DNA from: Actinomycetota bacterium
Lineage (GTDB): Bacteria; Actinomycetota; CADDZG01; WHSQ01
NCBI GenBank assembly: GCA_035942255.1
Contig: DASZDG010000103.1
Location: 15,540-79,539, forward strand
Direction of reading: 5' to 3'
DNA: 64,000 nt
Both the position numbers and the translations under genes were made by a program. Shown one piece after another: positions 1-8,896 of this stretch (position 1 is its first letter; every line of letters starts with the position of its first letter). The notes under the pieces are model-generated. The model worked only from the letters and a program-made list of their open reading frames with translations, searched no databases and was not told the DNA's origin.

Positions 1-662
1 TCCCGCTGTCGCAGCGCCCGCCCGAGTCGTTCGTCGAGGACGTGCTCGTGAAAGGCCTCGGCGCACGGCTGGTGCTCGTCGGCGCCGGCTGGCGCTTCGG
101 GAAGGGCCGCGCCGGGACGGTCGACCTGCTCGCGGAGCTCGGCCGCAACCTCGGGTTCGAGGCGCGGGGGGTCGAGCTCGAGGAGGTGTCGGGGGAGGCC
201 GCGTCGAGCAGCCGCGTCCGTAAGGCCGTGACGAGCGGCGACGTCGCGCTCGCGGAACGGCTCCTCGGCCGTCCGTTCGACCTCGACGGGATCGTCGAGC
301 ACGGGGACTCGCGCGGCGCCGGCCTCGGCTTCCCGACGGCGAACCTGGCCATCGACCCGTCGATCGCCGCGCCGCCCGTGGGCGTTTACGCCGGGAGGGC
401 GAGAGCGGGGGGAAGCTGGTTCCCCGCGGCGACCAACGTCGGCGTCAACCCCACGTTCGGCGGCGGCGGCCCGCCCCGCATCGAGAGCTACCTCATCGGG
501 TTCGAGGGCGACCTCTACGGGCAGAGCCTCCGCGTCGAGTTCTGGGAGCGCCTGCGCGACGAGGAGCGGTTCGACTCCGCGGAGGCCCTGGTCGAGCAGA
601 TCGAGCGCGACGTGGCGGCGACGCGGGCGCTGGTGGGGGACCTCCCGTCGGGAGCCTCGTGA
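1..662 (+). CDS. ribF: riboflavin kinase / FAD synthetase, C-terminal part (5' end outside window)
   Basis: Frame is open from base 3. Translation carries riboflavin-kinase motifs (GFPTANL, NVGVNPTF, IESYLIGFEGDLYG). Conserved ribF-rpsO-pnp neighbourhood. Confidence 0.85.
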   Translation, partial: PLSQRPPESFVEDVLVKGLGARLVLVGAGWRFGKGRAGTVDLLAELGRNLGFEARGVELEEVSGEAASSSRVRKAVTSGDVALAERLLGRPFDLDGIVEHGDSRGAGLGFPTANLAIDPSIAAPPVGVYAGRARAGGSWFPAATNVGVNPTFGGGGPPRIESYLIGFEGDLYGQSLRVEFWERLRDEERFDSAEALVEQIERDVAATRALVGDLPSGAS

Positions 663-756
663 CCTGCTACGATGACCTCCGCTCGCGGCGGTTTCGTCGA
701 TCCGCGACCGCATTCGATCCGACCTGAAGCGACCCGAAGGGACCTACGTAGCGCGC

Positions 757-1026
757 ATGGCTCTGCTCAAGGAACAGAAGCAAGACATCATCTCGGACAA
801 CGCCCGGGGTAACGCCGACACGGGCTCTCCCGAGGTCCAGATCGCCCTGCTCACGCAGCGGATCTCCGAGCTCACCGAGCACCTGAAGACCCACAAGCAC
901 GACCACCACTCGAGGCGCGGCCTGCTCCGCATGGTCGGCCGCCGCAAGCGGCTGCTCGCATATCTCCAGCGCGAGGACGTCGACCGCTACCGCGCCCTCA
1001 TCGGCAAGCTGGGCCTGCGCCGATAG
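757..1026 (+). CDS. rpsO: 30S ribosomal protein S15
   Basis: 89 aa; ...[48 protein letters not shown]... is typical S15. Confidence 0.95.
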   Translation: MALLKEQKQDIISDNARGNADTGSPEVQIALLTQRISELTEHLKTHKHDHHSRRGLLRMVGRRKRLLAYLQREDVDRYRALIGKLGLRR

Positions 1027-1228
1027 CTCCGGCCCCGACTTCGCAAAGGAGGACCGCCGTCGCCCTGACCCCGTAGCAAGCAAGTGGAGAGGGCCGGCCC
1101 CTTCGGTCGGTTATCAGTTGAGACCCCATCTCCGAGGTGGGCCCCCAACTGACAATCGGCCACGGCTGGCGCCTCTCCTCCCACCGAGCCCGTGCAGCAC
1201 AGCGCGGGCCGATCACAGGAGGATTCCT

Positions 1229-3637
1229 ATGTCTACAGGTATGTCGCCCGAGCCGACCTATGTCGAGCGCAAGATCGGCGACGAGGTATTCCGCATCGAG
1301 TCCGGCAGGCTGGCCGGCCAGGCCGGCGGCGCGGTGCTCGCGTCCGTCGGCGAAACCACGGCGTTCGCCGCGGCCACCTCGTCGGCCCCCCGCGGGGACG
1401 CCGACTTCTTCCCGCTGACCGTCGACGTCGAGGAGCGCATGTACGCCGCCGGGAAGATCCCCGGCGGGTTCTTCCGGCGTGAGGGCCGCGCCAGCGAGAA
1501 GGCGATCCTCAACGCGCGCCTGATCGACCGGCCGCTGCGCCCGTCGTTCCCCGACGGCTTCCGCCACGAGGTGCACGTCGTCGTCAACGTGATGGCGGTC
1601 GACGGCAGCAACCCCGTCGACATCCTCTCGATCAACGCCGCGTCCGCGGCCCTCGCGATCTCGGACATCCCGTTCGAGGGCCCGGTCGGTGCCGCCCGCG
1701 TCTCCCACGTCAACGGCAGCTGGGTCGCGAACCCGACGTGGGTGCAGCAGGAGGAGGCCACGATCGAGCTCGTCATCGCGGGCCGCGTCAACGAGGCCGG
1801 CGAGGTCGACATCATGATGATCGAGGCCGGCGCGTCCGACCGTGCGTTCGAGCTCGTCGAAGCGGGTGCGCAGTCCCCGGACGAAGAGCTGATGGCGGAC
1901 GGCATCGAGTACTCGAAGCAGTTCATCGCCGAGGCCATCTCGCTGCAGAACGAGCTCGTGGCGCAGGTCGGCAAGACCAAGGGCACGACGACCGGCGTCG
2001 ACGCCGACTACCCGCTGTTCGTCGACTACTCGCCCGAGCTCTACGCGCGCGTCGAGGAGATCGCGGGCGACCGCATCCGCGAGGCGATCGCGATCACCGA
2101 GAAGGCGCGGCGCCGCGCGACGATCGCCGACGTCTCCGCCGCGGTCGCCGCGGACCTCGCGGAGGAGTTCCCCGAGCAGGAGAAGCCGATCTCGGCGGCG
2201 ATGCGCTCGCTGACCAAGAAGCTCGTCCGACGGCGCATCGTCGAGGACAACGTGCGCCTCGACGGCCGCTCGATCGACCAGGTGCGCCCCATCTGGTCGC
2301 AGACCGGCGTCATCCCCCGCGTCCACGGCTCGGGCCTCTTCACCCGCGGCGAGACGCAGGCGCTGTCGATCACGACGCTCGGCATGCAGCGCATGGAGCA
2401 GATGATCGACGACCTCTCGCCGGAGGACCGCAAGCGCTACATGCACCACTACAACTTCCCGCCGTACTCGACCGGTGAGGCCGGGTTCATGCGGGGGCCG
2501 AAGCGGCGCGAGATCGGGCACGGGGCGCTCGCCGAGAAGGCGCTGCTCCCGCTGATCCCGTCGAAGGACGACTTCCCCTACGCGATCCGCGTGGTCTCCG
2601 AGATCATGTCGTCGAACGGGTCGACGTCGATGGCCAGCGTCTGCGGGTCGTCGCTCTCGCTGATGGACGCGGGCGTCCCGCTGCGCGGCGGCAAGCACTG
2701 CGGCGGCGTGGCGATGGGCCTGATCGCGGAGGGCGGGAACTTCCTCCCGCTGACCGACATCCTCGGTGACGAGGACGCGTTCGGCGACATGGACTTCAAG
2801 GTGGCCGGGACCGAGGAGATGGTGACGGCGCTGCAGCTCGACACGAAGATCTCGGGCGTGCCCGCCGAGGTCCTGCGCGAGGCCCTCATGGCCGCCAAGC
2901 GGGCCCGCCTCCACATCATCGGCGAGATGAACAAGTCGATCTCGGCGCCGCGTTCCGAGCTGGCGCCGCACGCGCCGCGCGTGCTCGCGCTGAAGGTCCC
3001 CGTCGACAAGATCGGCGAGGTCATCGGCCCGAAGGGCAAGAACATCAACATGATCACGACCACGACCGGCGTGGACGTCGACATCGACGACGACGGCACG
3101 ATCCGCATCGGCTCCTCCGACCAGGAGTCGGCCGAGCGGGCGGCTCGCCTGATCGAGGAGATCGTGAACCCGCGCATGCCGGAGGTCGGCGAGCGCATCA
3201 ACGGGACGGTCGTCAAGACCACGACGTTCGGTGCGTTCGTGAACATCGCCCCGGGCCGCGACGGCCTGGTCCACATCTCGAAGCTCGGCGAGGGCCGCAT
3301 CGAGCGGGTCGAGGACGCCGCGAACGTCGGCGACCAGATCGAGGTCGAGATCACGGACATCGACCGGCAGGGGCGCATCAACCTGACGCCGGTCGCGTGG
3401 CTCGAGCGCCAGGTCGCGGCCGGCAAGACGATCGAGGAGGCCCGTGCGCTGGCAACGCAGGGCGGCGGCGGAGGCGGCGGCGACCGCGGCCCCCGGCGCG
3501 AGGGAGGCCGCGACCGCGGCGACCGTGACCGCGGACGCGGCGGAGATCGTGACCGAGGCCGCGGCGGCGACCGCGGCGGAGACAGAGGTCCTCGCCGTGA
3601 GCGCGCACCCCGTCGCGAAGAGGGTGACTCCTTCTAG
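1229..3637 (+). CDS. pnp: polyribonucleotide nucleotidyltransferase (PNPase) with Arg/Gly/Asp-rich C-terminal tail
   Basis: Two RNase PH-like domains plus KH and S1 regions are recognisable (FFRREGR, GDEDAFGDMDFKVAGT, GAFVNIAPGRDGLVHISK). ATG 1229 is preferred over ORF start 1118 because of AGGAGG at 1217-1222. Confidence 0.95.
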   Translation: MSTGMSPEPTYVERKIGDEVFRIESGRLAGQAGGAVLASVGETTAFAAATSSAPRGDADFFPLTVDVEERMYAAGKIPGGFFRREGRASEKAILNARLIDRPLRPSFPDGFRHEVHVVVNVMAVDGSNPVDILSINAASAALAISDIPFEGPVGAARVSHVNGSWVANPTWVQQEEATIELVIAGRVNEAGEVDIMMIEAGASDRAFELVEAGAQSPDEELMADGIEYSKQFIAEAISLQNELVAQVGKTKGTTTGVDADYPLFVDYSPELYARVEEIAGDRIREAIAITEKARRRATIADVSAAVAADLAEEFPEQEKPISAAMRSLTKKLVRRRIVEDNVRLDGRSIDQVRPIWSQTGVIPRVHGSGLFTRGETQALSITTLGMQRMEQMIDDLSPEDRKRYMHHYNFPPYSTGEAGFMRGPKRREIGHGALAEKALLPLIPSKDDFPYAIRVVSEIMSSNGSTSMASVCGSSLSLMDAGVPLRGGKHCGGVAMGLIAEGGNFLPLTDILGDEDAFGDMDFKVAGTEEMVTALQLDTKISGVPAEVLREALMAAKRARLHIIGEMNKSISAPRSELAPHAPRVLALKVPVDKIGEVIGPKGKNINMITTTTGVDVDIDDDGTIRIGSSDQESAERAARLIEEIVNPRMPEVGERINGTVVKTTTFGAFVNIAPGRDGLVHISKLGEGRIERVEDAANVGDQIEVEITDIDRQGRINLTPVAWLERQVAAGKTIEEARALATQGGGGGGGDRGPRREGGRDRGDRDRGRGGDRDRGRGGDRGGDRGPRRERAPRREEGDSF

Positions 3638-4894
3638 ATGACGGTCTTCGCCCGCACCGAGCTCGACTCGGGCATCACCGTGGTGACCGAGTCGATGTCG
3701 GAGGTCAGGTCGGTCTCGGTCGGCTACTGGTTCGACGTCGGCTCGCGCGACGAGCCCGAGGACCTCGCCGGAACGTCGCACTTCCTCGAGCACCTGCTGT
3801 TCAAGGGGACCTCGTCGCGCTCGGCGCGGGAGATCGCCGAAGCGTTCGACGCCGTCGGCGGGGACGTGAACGCCTTCACCGGCAAGGAGTACACGTGCTA
3901 CTACGCGCGGGTCCTCGACGAGGACCTGCCGATGGCAGTCAACGTGCTGACCGACATGATCCGCAACTCCGTGATCGACCCGGACGAGCTCGAGTCCGAG
4001 CGCCGGGTGATCCTCGAGGAGATCGCGATGCACGAGGACGCTCCCGACGAGCTCGTCCACGACCTGTTCTACCGGTCGATGTGGGACGGGCACCCGCTCG
4101 GACGCCCCGTGCTCGGCTACAACGAGACGATCGGGCGGGTCGCGCGCGACCAGGTCGCGGGGTACTGGCGCGAGCGTTACGCGCCGAAGAACCTCGTGGT
4201 CGCGGCCGCCGGCCGCGTGGACCACGACGACCTCGTCCGCCGGACCGAGGAGATCTTCTCCGAGACCGGCGGGATCGAGACGGCGCGCACGGGGGCCGCG
4301 CCGGCGGCGCGCAACGGCGTCAACGTCTTCAAGCGGCCGACCGAGCAGGCCCACATCATGATGGGGACCGAGGCGTTGCGGCGGGGGCATCCCGACCGGC
4401 ACGCGCTCGCGCTGCTCGACAGCGTCCTCGGGAGCGGGATGTCGTCGCGGCTCTTCCAGGAGGTCCGCGAGAAGCGCGGGCTCGCTTATTCCGTCTACTC
4501 CTACCGGTCGATGTTCGCCGACACCGGCGCGTTCTCCGTCTACGCGGGAACGCTCCCGCAGAACGCCGAGACGGTCATGGAGATCGTGTCGAACGAGATC
4601 CAGGCGGTGGCCCGGGACGGGATCACGGAGGCCGAGCTGGCGCGCGCGAAGGGCAACGTGAAGGGGTCGCTCGTGCTGTCGTCGGAGGACCCGGGCAGCC
4701 GGATGAACCGGCTCGGCCGCCAGCAGGTGACGACGGGGGAGATCCTCTCGATCGACGAGATGATCGCCCGCTTCGACGCCCTCACGATGGACGACGTGCG
4801 GCGCGTGGCGGCGCAGGTGCTCGCGGACGCGCGCTTCTCGATCACGGTCGTGGGCCCCTTCGAGGAGGACGCGTTCGACCGGTACGCAGCCTGA
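3638..4894 (+). CDS. M16 family zinc peptidase (PepR-like)
   Basis: Inverted zinc motif HFLEHLLFKG near the N-terminus. The ATG directly follows the pnp stop. The position after pnp is conserved in actinobacteria. Confidence 0.85.
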   Translation: MTVFARTELDSGITVVTESMSEVRSVSVGYWFDVGSRDEPEDLAGTSHFLEHLLFKGTSSRSAREIAEAFDAVGGDVNAFTGKEYTCYYARVLDEDLPMAVNVLTDMIRNSVIDPDELESERRVILEEIAMHEDAPDELVHDLFYRSMWDGHPLGRPVLGYNETIGRVARDQVAGYWRERYAPKNLVVAAAGRVDHDDLVRRTEEIFSETGGIETARTGAAPAARNGVNVFKRPTEQAHIMMGTEALRRGHPDRHALALLDSVLGSGMSSRLFQEVREKRGLAYSVYSYRSMFADTGAFSVYAGTLPQNAETVMEIVSNEIQAVARDGITEAELARAKGNVKGSLVLSSEDPGSRMNRLGRQQVTTGEILSIDEMIARFDALTMDDVRRVAAQVLADARFSITVVGPFEEDAFDRYAA

Positions 4895-4898
4895 GCGG

Positions 4899-5621
4899 AT
4901 GCTGCGCGTAGCGGTCGTCGGCGCGGCCGGCCGGATGGGGTCGGAGGCGTGCCGCGCGATCGAAGCCGACCCCGAGCTCGAGCTGGTCGCGCGCGTAGGC
5001 CGCAGCGACGCGCTGGCGGCGCTGACGGAGGCGGGGGCCGAGGTCGCGGTCGAGCTCACGACGCCGGCGTCGGTGAAGGAGAACGTCAGGTTCTGCCTGA
5101 GCCACGGCATCCACGCGGTCGTCGGCGCCACCGGCATGACCGACGACGACCTCGAGGACGTGAGCGCGTGGTGCCGCGAGGGCCGCGTCAACGCGTTCGT
5201 GGCCCCCAACTTCGCGCTGGGCGCGGTGCTCATGATGTCGTTCGCCGCGGCCGCGGCGCGCCACTTCGACCGCGTCGAGATCGTCGAGCGTCACCACTCC
5301 CGCAAGGCCGACGCCCCGTCGGGCACCGCGCTCCGGACCGCGCGGCTGGTGAACGAGGCTCGGCAGGCCGCGGGCGCCGCGTCCGAAGGGTCGGACGCGA
5401 GCAGGGGCCGTGACGAGCACGGCGTGCGCATCCACTCTTTGCGCCTCCCGGGGTCGGTCGCGCACCAGGAGGTCGTGCTGGGGGCCGAGGGCGAGACGCT
5501 GACGATCCGCCACGACTCGATCGACCGGACGTCGTTCATGCCCGGCATCCTGCTCGCGGTCAAGAAGGTGCCCCACCTCGACGGCCTCGTCGTCGGGCTC
5601 GAGCACCTGCTCGACCTGTGA
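4899..5621 (+). CDS. dapB: 4-hydroxy-tetrahydrodipicolinate reductase
   Basis: N-terminal Rossmann motif VAVVGAAGRMG and the ERHHSRKADAPSGTA motif. Confidence 0.9.
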   Translation: MLRVAVVGAAGRMGSEACRAIEADPELELVARVGRSDALAALTEAGAEVAVELTTPASVKENVRFCLSHGIHAVVGATGMTDDDLEDVSAWCREGRVNAFVAPNFALGAVLMMSFAAAAARHFDRVEIVERHHSRKADAPSGTALRTARLVNEARQAAGAASEGSDASRGRDEHGVRIHSLRLPGSVAHQEVVLGAEGETLTIRHDSIDRTSFMPGILLAVKKVPHLDGLVVGLEHLLDL

Positions 5622-6124
5622 AGAGGACGCGGCTGGCCGCGGCGGTCGCGCTGTCATTGGTGCTGCCGGCCTGCTTCGGGCCGGACCCCAACCTCACCGA
5701 CGACGGGAAGGGCAAGCCCCTTATCACCGCGGACTTCCCGGGCGAGGTCGACGCGGGGTCCGTTGCCACGGCGACGCTGACGGTGGAGAACCCCGGCCCG
5801 GGGGACATCGGGAGCGTCGCGATCGCCTTCGCCGGCGTCGGCGCTCCCGCCGCGTCGGGGCCGTTGCCTGTGGAGCTCGTGCCGATCACGACGTCGCCCG
5901 ACAACCCCGCGATCCGCTCCGTAGAGCCCGAGCCGCGCAAGGTCTCCGACGACGGCGTCGTCTACTTCTTCGGGGTCCTCCCGGAGGGTGAGGCGCTCGA
6001 GGTCGCGTTCGAGATCGTGGCCCCCGACGAGCCGGGCCCCGCCGCGAGCTCCGTGAGCGTCTACGACGGCACCGACACCGATCGCATCCGCGGGTTGCGG
6101 CTCGCGACGGAGGTAACCGGTTAG
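5618..6124 (+). CDS. hypothetical lipoprotein
   Basis: GTG overlaps the dapB stop (GTGA). Signal peptide with lipobox LVLPAC. High third-position GC. Confidence 0.5.
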   Translation: MKRTRLAAAVALSLVLPACFGPDPNLTDDGKGKPLITADFPGEVDAGSVATATLTVENPGPGDIGSVAIAFAGVGAPAASGPLPVELVPITTSPDNPAIRSVEPEPRKVSDDGVVYFFGVLPEGEALEVAFEIVAPDEPGPAASSVSVYDGTDTDRIRGLRLATEVTG

Positions 6125-6167
6125 CGTGGCTGCCACGAACGAAGAACACCCACTAGGAGGCCACCAG

Positions 6168-7070
6168 ATGCCCCGCCCCCGTTTCGGCCGCGTCCTGACG
6201 GCCATGGTCACCCCGTTCGCCGCCGACGGCACCCTCGACGTCAAGGCCGCCCGCCGGCTGGCGGGCCACCTCGTCACCCACGGGTCCGACGGCCTCGTCG
6301 TCTGCGGCACGACGGGCGAGTCGCCGACGCTCTCACACGCCGAGAAGCTCGAGCTGATCGAGGCCGTGCTCGCGGAGGTCGGGGACCGCGCCACGGTGAT
6401 AGCCGGCACCGGCACCTACGACACGAGCGAGTCGGTGTCGCTGACGAAGGAGGTCTGCGCCCTCGGGGTCGACGGCTGTCTGGCAGTGACGCCGTACTAC
6501 TCGAAGCCCCCGCAGGAGGGCCTGCTCGCGCACTTCCGCGCGATCGCCGACGCTTCTGACAAGCCGGTGATGCTCTACGACATCCCGGGCCGGACGGGGC
6601 GGCGGATCGAGCCGTCGACGACCCTCGCGCTGGCGGACCACGAGCGGATCGTCGCGGTGAAGGATGCCGTGGGCGACGCAGGCGAGACCGCGTACCTCCG
6701 CTGTCAGCTCGACCTGACCGGCCACGAGGGGTTCGAGATCTATTCGGGCGACGACCCGCTGCTGCTGCCGCACCTGGCGGCGGGCGCCGTGGGCATCGTC
6801 TCCGTCTGCTCCCATCTGGTGGGCGAGCGCCTCGCGGAGCTGTTCGGGCACTGGGAGGCCGGGCGCGTGGACGAGGCGCGGTCGATCTACACCACGCTGC
6901 TGCCGTTCATGCGCACGATCATGACCGCGTCGGCGAGCCCGATCCCCGTGAAGGCCGCGGTGAACATGCTCGGCCTCGACGTGGGCGAGCCGCGCCTGCC
7001 GCTCGTCCCGCTCGACGCGGACACGTCCGACGAGGTCCGCCGCGCTCTGGAGGCGCAGGGACTGCTGTGA
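6168..7070 (+). CDS. dapA: 4-hydroxy-tetrahydrodipicolinate synthase
   Basis: GTTGESPTL, YDIPGRTG and AVKDAVGD motifs. ATG 6168 has AGGAGG at 6155-6160, so it is preferred over the GTG at 6126. Confidence 0.9.
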   Translation: MPRPRFGRVLTAMVTPFAADGTLDVKAARRLAGHLVTHGSDGLVVCGTTGESPTLSHAEKLELIEAVLAEVGDRATVIAGTGTYDTSESVSLTKEVCALGVDGCLAVTPYYSKPPQEGLLAHFRAIADASDKPVMLYDIPGRTGRRIEPSTTLALADHERIVAVKDAVGDAGETAYLRCQLDLTGHEGFEIYSGDDPLLLPHLAAGAVGIVSVCSHLVGERLAELFGHWEAGRVDEARSIYTTLLPFMRTIMTASASPIPVKAAVNMLGLDVGEPRLPLVPLDADTSDEVRRALEAQGLL

Positions 7071-8707
7071 CGCGCCTCGTCTTCCTCGGGGGCCTCGGCG
7101 AGGTCGGACGCAACATGTTCGCCGTCGAGTCCGCCGGACGCATCCTGGTCGTGGACTGCGGGCTGTCGTTCCCGAACGAGGAGATGCTCGGCGTCGACCT
7201 CGTGCTGCCGGATTTCACGTGGATCGCGGACCGGGCCGACGCGTGTGAGGGCGTGATCCTCACCCACGGCCACGAGGATCACGTCGGCGCCCTGTCGTGG
7301 TTCCTGCGCGAGGTCCCCGTCCCGGTGTACGGGACGCCATTGACGCTCGGCATGGCGCGGCGGCGTCTGAGCGAGTTCGGCGTCGAGGCGGAGCTGATCG
7401 AGATCTCGGAGGGCCGCCGCGAGATCGGGCCGTTCCGCTGCACGTTCCTCGCGATGTCGCACTCGATCCCGGACGCCGTGTCGGTCGCGCTCGACACCGC
7501 CGACGGCCGCATCCTCTACACGAGCGACTTCAAGCTCGACGAGACGCCGATCGACGGCCGGAGGACGGACCTCGAGGGGCTCCGCCGGCTCGGCGACGAG
7601 GGCGTCGACCTGATGCTGTCGGACTCCACCAACGCGGAGACGCCCGGCCGGACGCCGTCCGAGGCGGTGGTCGGGCCGGTCCTGCGCGAGATCTTCGAAG
7701 CGGCGCGCGGCCGCATCGTCGCCGCGTGCTTCGCGTCGAACCTCCACCGCATCCAGCAGGTCTGCGAGATCGCGGAGGACTTCGACCGCAAGGTAGCGTT
7801 CGTCGGCCGCTCGATGATCGCGAATGCCGAGGTGGGCCGCGAGCTCGGCCACCTCCGCATCCGGCCGGACACCGTCGTCGACATCGGCGACGTCGACCGG
7901 CTCCCGCGGGACCGTGCGGTCGTCCTGTGCACGGGCTCGCAGGGTGAGCCGCTGTCGGCCCTCTCGCTGATCGCGGCGGGGGAGCACAAGACCGTGAAGC
8001 TCGGCGCGGGCGACACCGTCATCCTGTCCGCGAGCCCGATCCCCGGCAACGAGTCCGCGGTACACCGCGTGCTGAACGGCATCTACAAAGCGGGCGCGGA
8101 CGTCTACCACTCGGGGAGCGCGGCCGTCCACGTCTCCGGCCACGCCGCCTCCGACGAGCTCGCCGACATGATCCGGACCGTGCGGCCCCGCCATTTGATC
8201 CCGGTCCATGGCGAGTACCGGCAGCTCGCCCTCCACGCGAAGATCGCCCGCGCCAACGGCGTGCCGGAGGACTGCATCACGATCGTCGAGGACGGCCACT
8301 CGATCGAGCTGCGCGACGGCTCGGTCCGCCGCGGCGACTCCGTGCGCGCCGGGATGATCCTGGTCGACGGGCTCGGCGTCGGCGACGTGGGGCCGGTCGT
8401 CCTGCGCGACCGCCGCGTCCTCGCCGGCGACGGCGTGATCATCTGCGTCGTCACGATCGACGGCCAGAACGGCGAGGTCCTGGCGGGCCCGGACCTCGTG
8501 AGCCGGGGCTTCATCTACGAGGACGAGTCCAGGGGCTTCCTCGACGAGGCGTCCGACCGCATCGCCGCGGCCCTCGACGACCTCGAGCGGGACCGCGTCA
8601 CCGACTGGTCGACGATCAAGAAGGCGTGCCGCCACGCGCTGGGCGAGTTCGTGTGGAAGGAGACCCGCCGCCGCCCGATGATCCTCCCGATCGTGATGGA
8701 GGTCTAG
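7067..8707 (+). CDS. rnj: ribonuclease J
   Basis: Metallo-beta-lactamase/beta-CASP protein with HGHEDHVGAL. GTGA overlap with dapA. dapA-rnj linkage is typical of actinobacteria. Confidence 0.9.
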   Translation: MTRLVFLGGLGEVGRNMFAVESAGRILVVDCGLSFPNEEMLGVDLVLPDFTWIADRADACEGVILTHGHEDHVGALSWFLREVPVPVYGTPLTLGMARRRLSEFGVEAELIEISEGRREIGPFRCTFLAMSHSIPDAVSVALDTADGRILYTSDFKLDETPIDGRRTDLEGLRRLGDEGVDLMLSDSTNAETPGRTPSEAVVGPVLREIFEAARGRIVAACFASNLHRIQQVCEIAEDFDRKVAFVGRSMIANAEVGRELGHLRIRPDTVVDIGDVDRLPRDRAVVLCTGSQGEPLSALSLIAAGEHKTVKLGAGDTVILSASPIPGNESAVHRVLNGIYKAGADVYHSGSAAVHVSGHAASDELADMIRTVRPRHLIPVHGEYRQLALHAKIARANGVPEDCITIVEDGHSIELRDGSVRRGDSVRAGMILVDGLGVGDVGPVVLRDRRVLAGDGVIICVVTIDGQNGEVLAGPDLVSRGFIYEDESRGFLDEASDRIAAALDDLERDRVTDWSTIKKACRHALGEFVWKETRRRPMILPIVMEV

Positions 8708-8753
8708 GGCGCCTCCGCGGCTGTTCTCAGCCTCGAAACCTGACCGGTCCACG

Positions 8754-8798
8754 CGGTACACGCGGTACCCGCGTGTACCGGACGTGCCGCGTGTACCG
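8754..8798 (+). repeat. alternative stem-loops downstream of rnj
   Basis: CGGTACACGCG (8754-8764) is the exact reverse complement of CGCGTGTACCG. That 11-mer occurs twice, at 8770-8780 and 8788-8798. CGCGGTAC is also tandemly repeated (8752-8759, 8761-8768). Confidence 0.6.
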
Positions 8799-8896
8799 CC
8801 CACTCTCGCGCCCCACACGTCCGTCGCCCCCCGTAATGCTGTTATTGCTGTTAATTATTGTGTACTTTTGCATGATGCTGATTCAGGAGGGGTTCG

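Noticed and set aside
1027-1228. Possible regulatory hairpin in the pnp 5' leader, analogous to the RNase III/PNPase autoregulation site in E. coli.
   Set aside because: Only imperfect inverted repeats were found by eye (CAGTTG...CAACTG around 1113-1150). I cannot support a specific structure without folding software.
998-5233. 1411-aa minus-strand ORF spanning the pnp, M16 peptidase and dapB region.
   Set aside because: It is antisense to three well-supported plus-strand genes. The translation is Arg/Ala/Asp/Leu-rich low-complexity sequence, typical of stop-poor antisense frames in high-GC DNA, and no domain is recognisable.
8834-8885. AT-rich tract upstream of ftsK considered as a dif/XerCD site.
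   Set aside because: It lacks the imperfect palindrome (…ATAATGTATATTATGT…-like arms) of dif sites. The repeats present are direct, not inverted.
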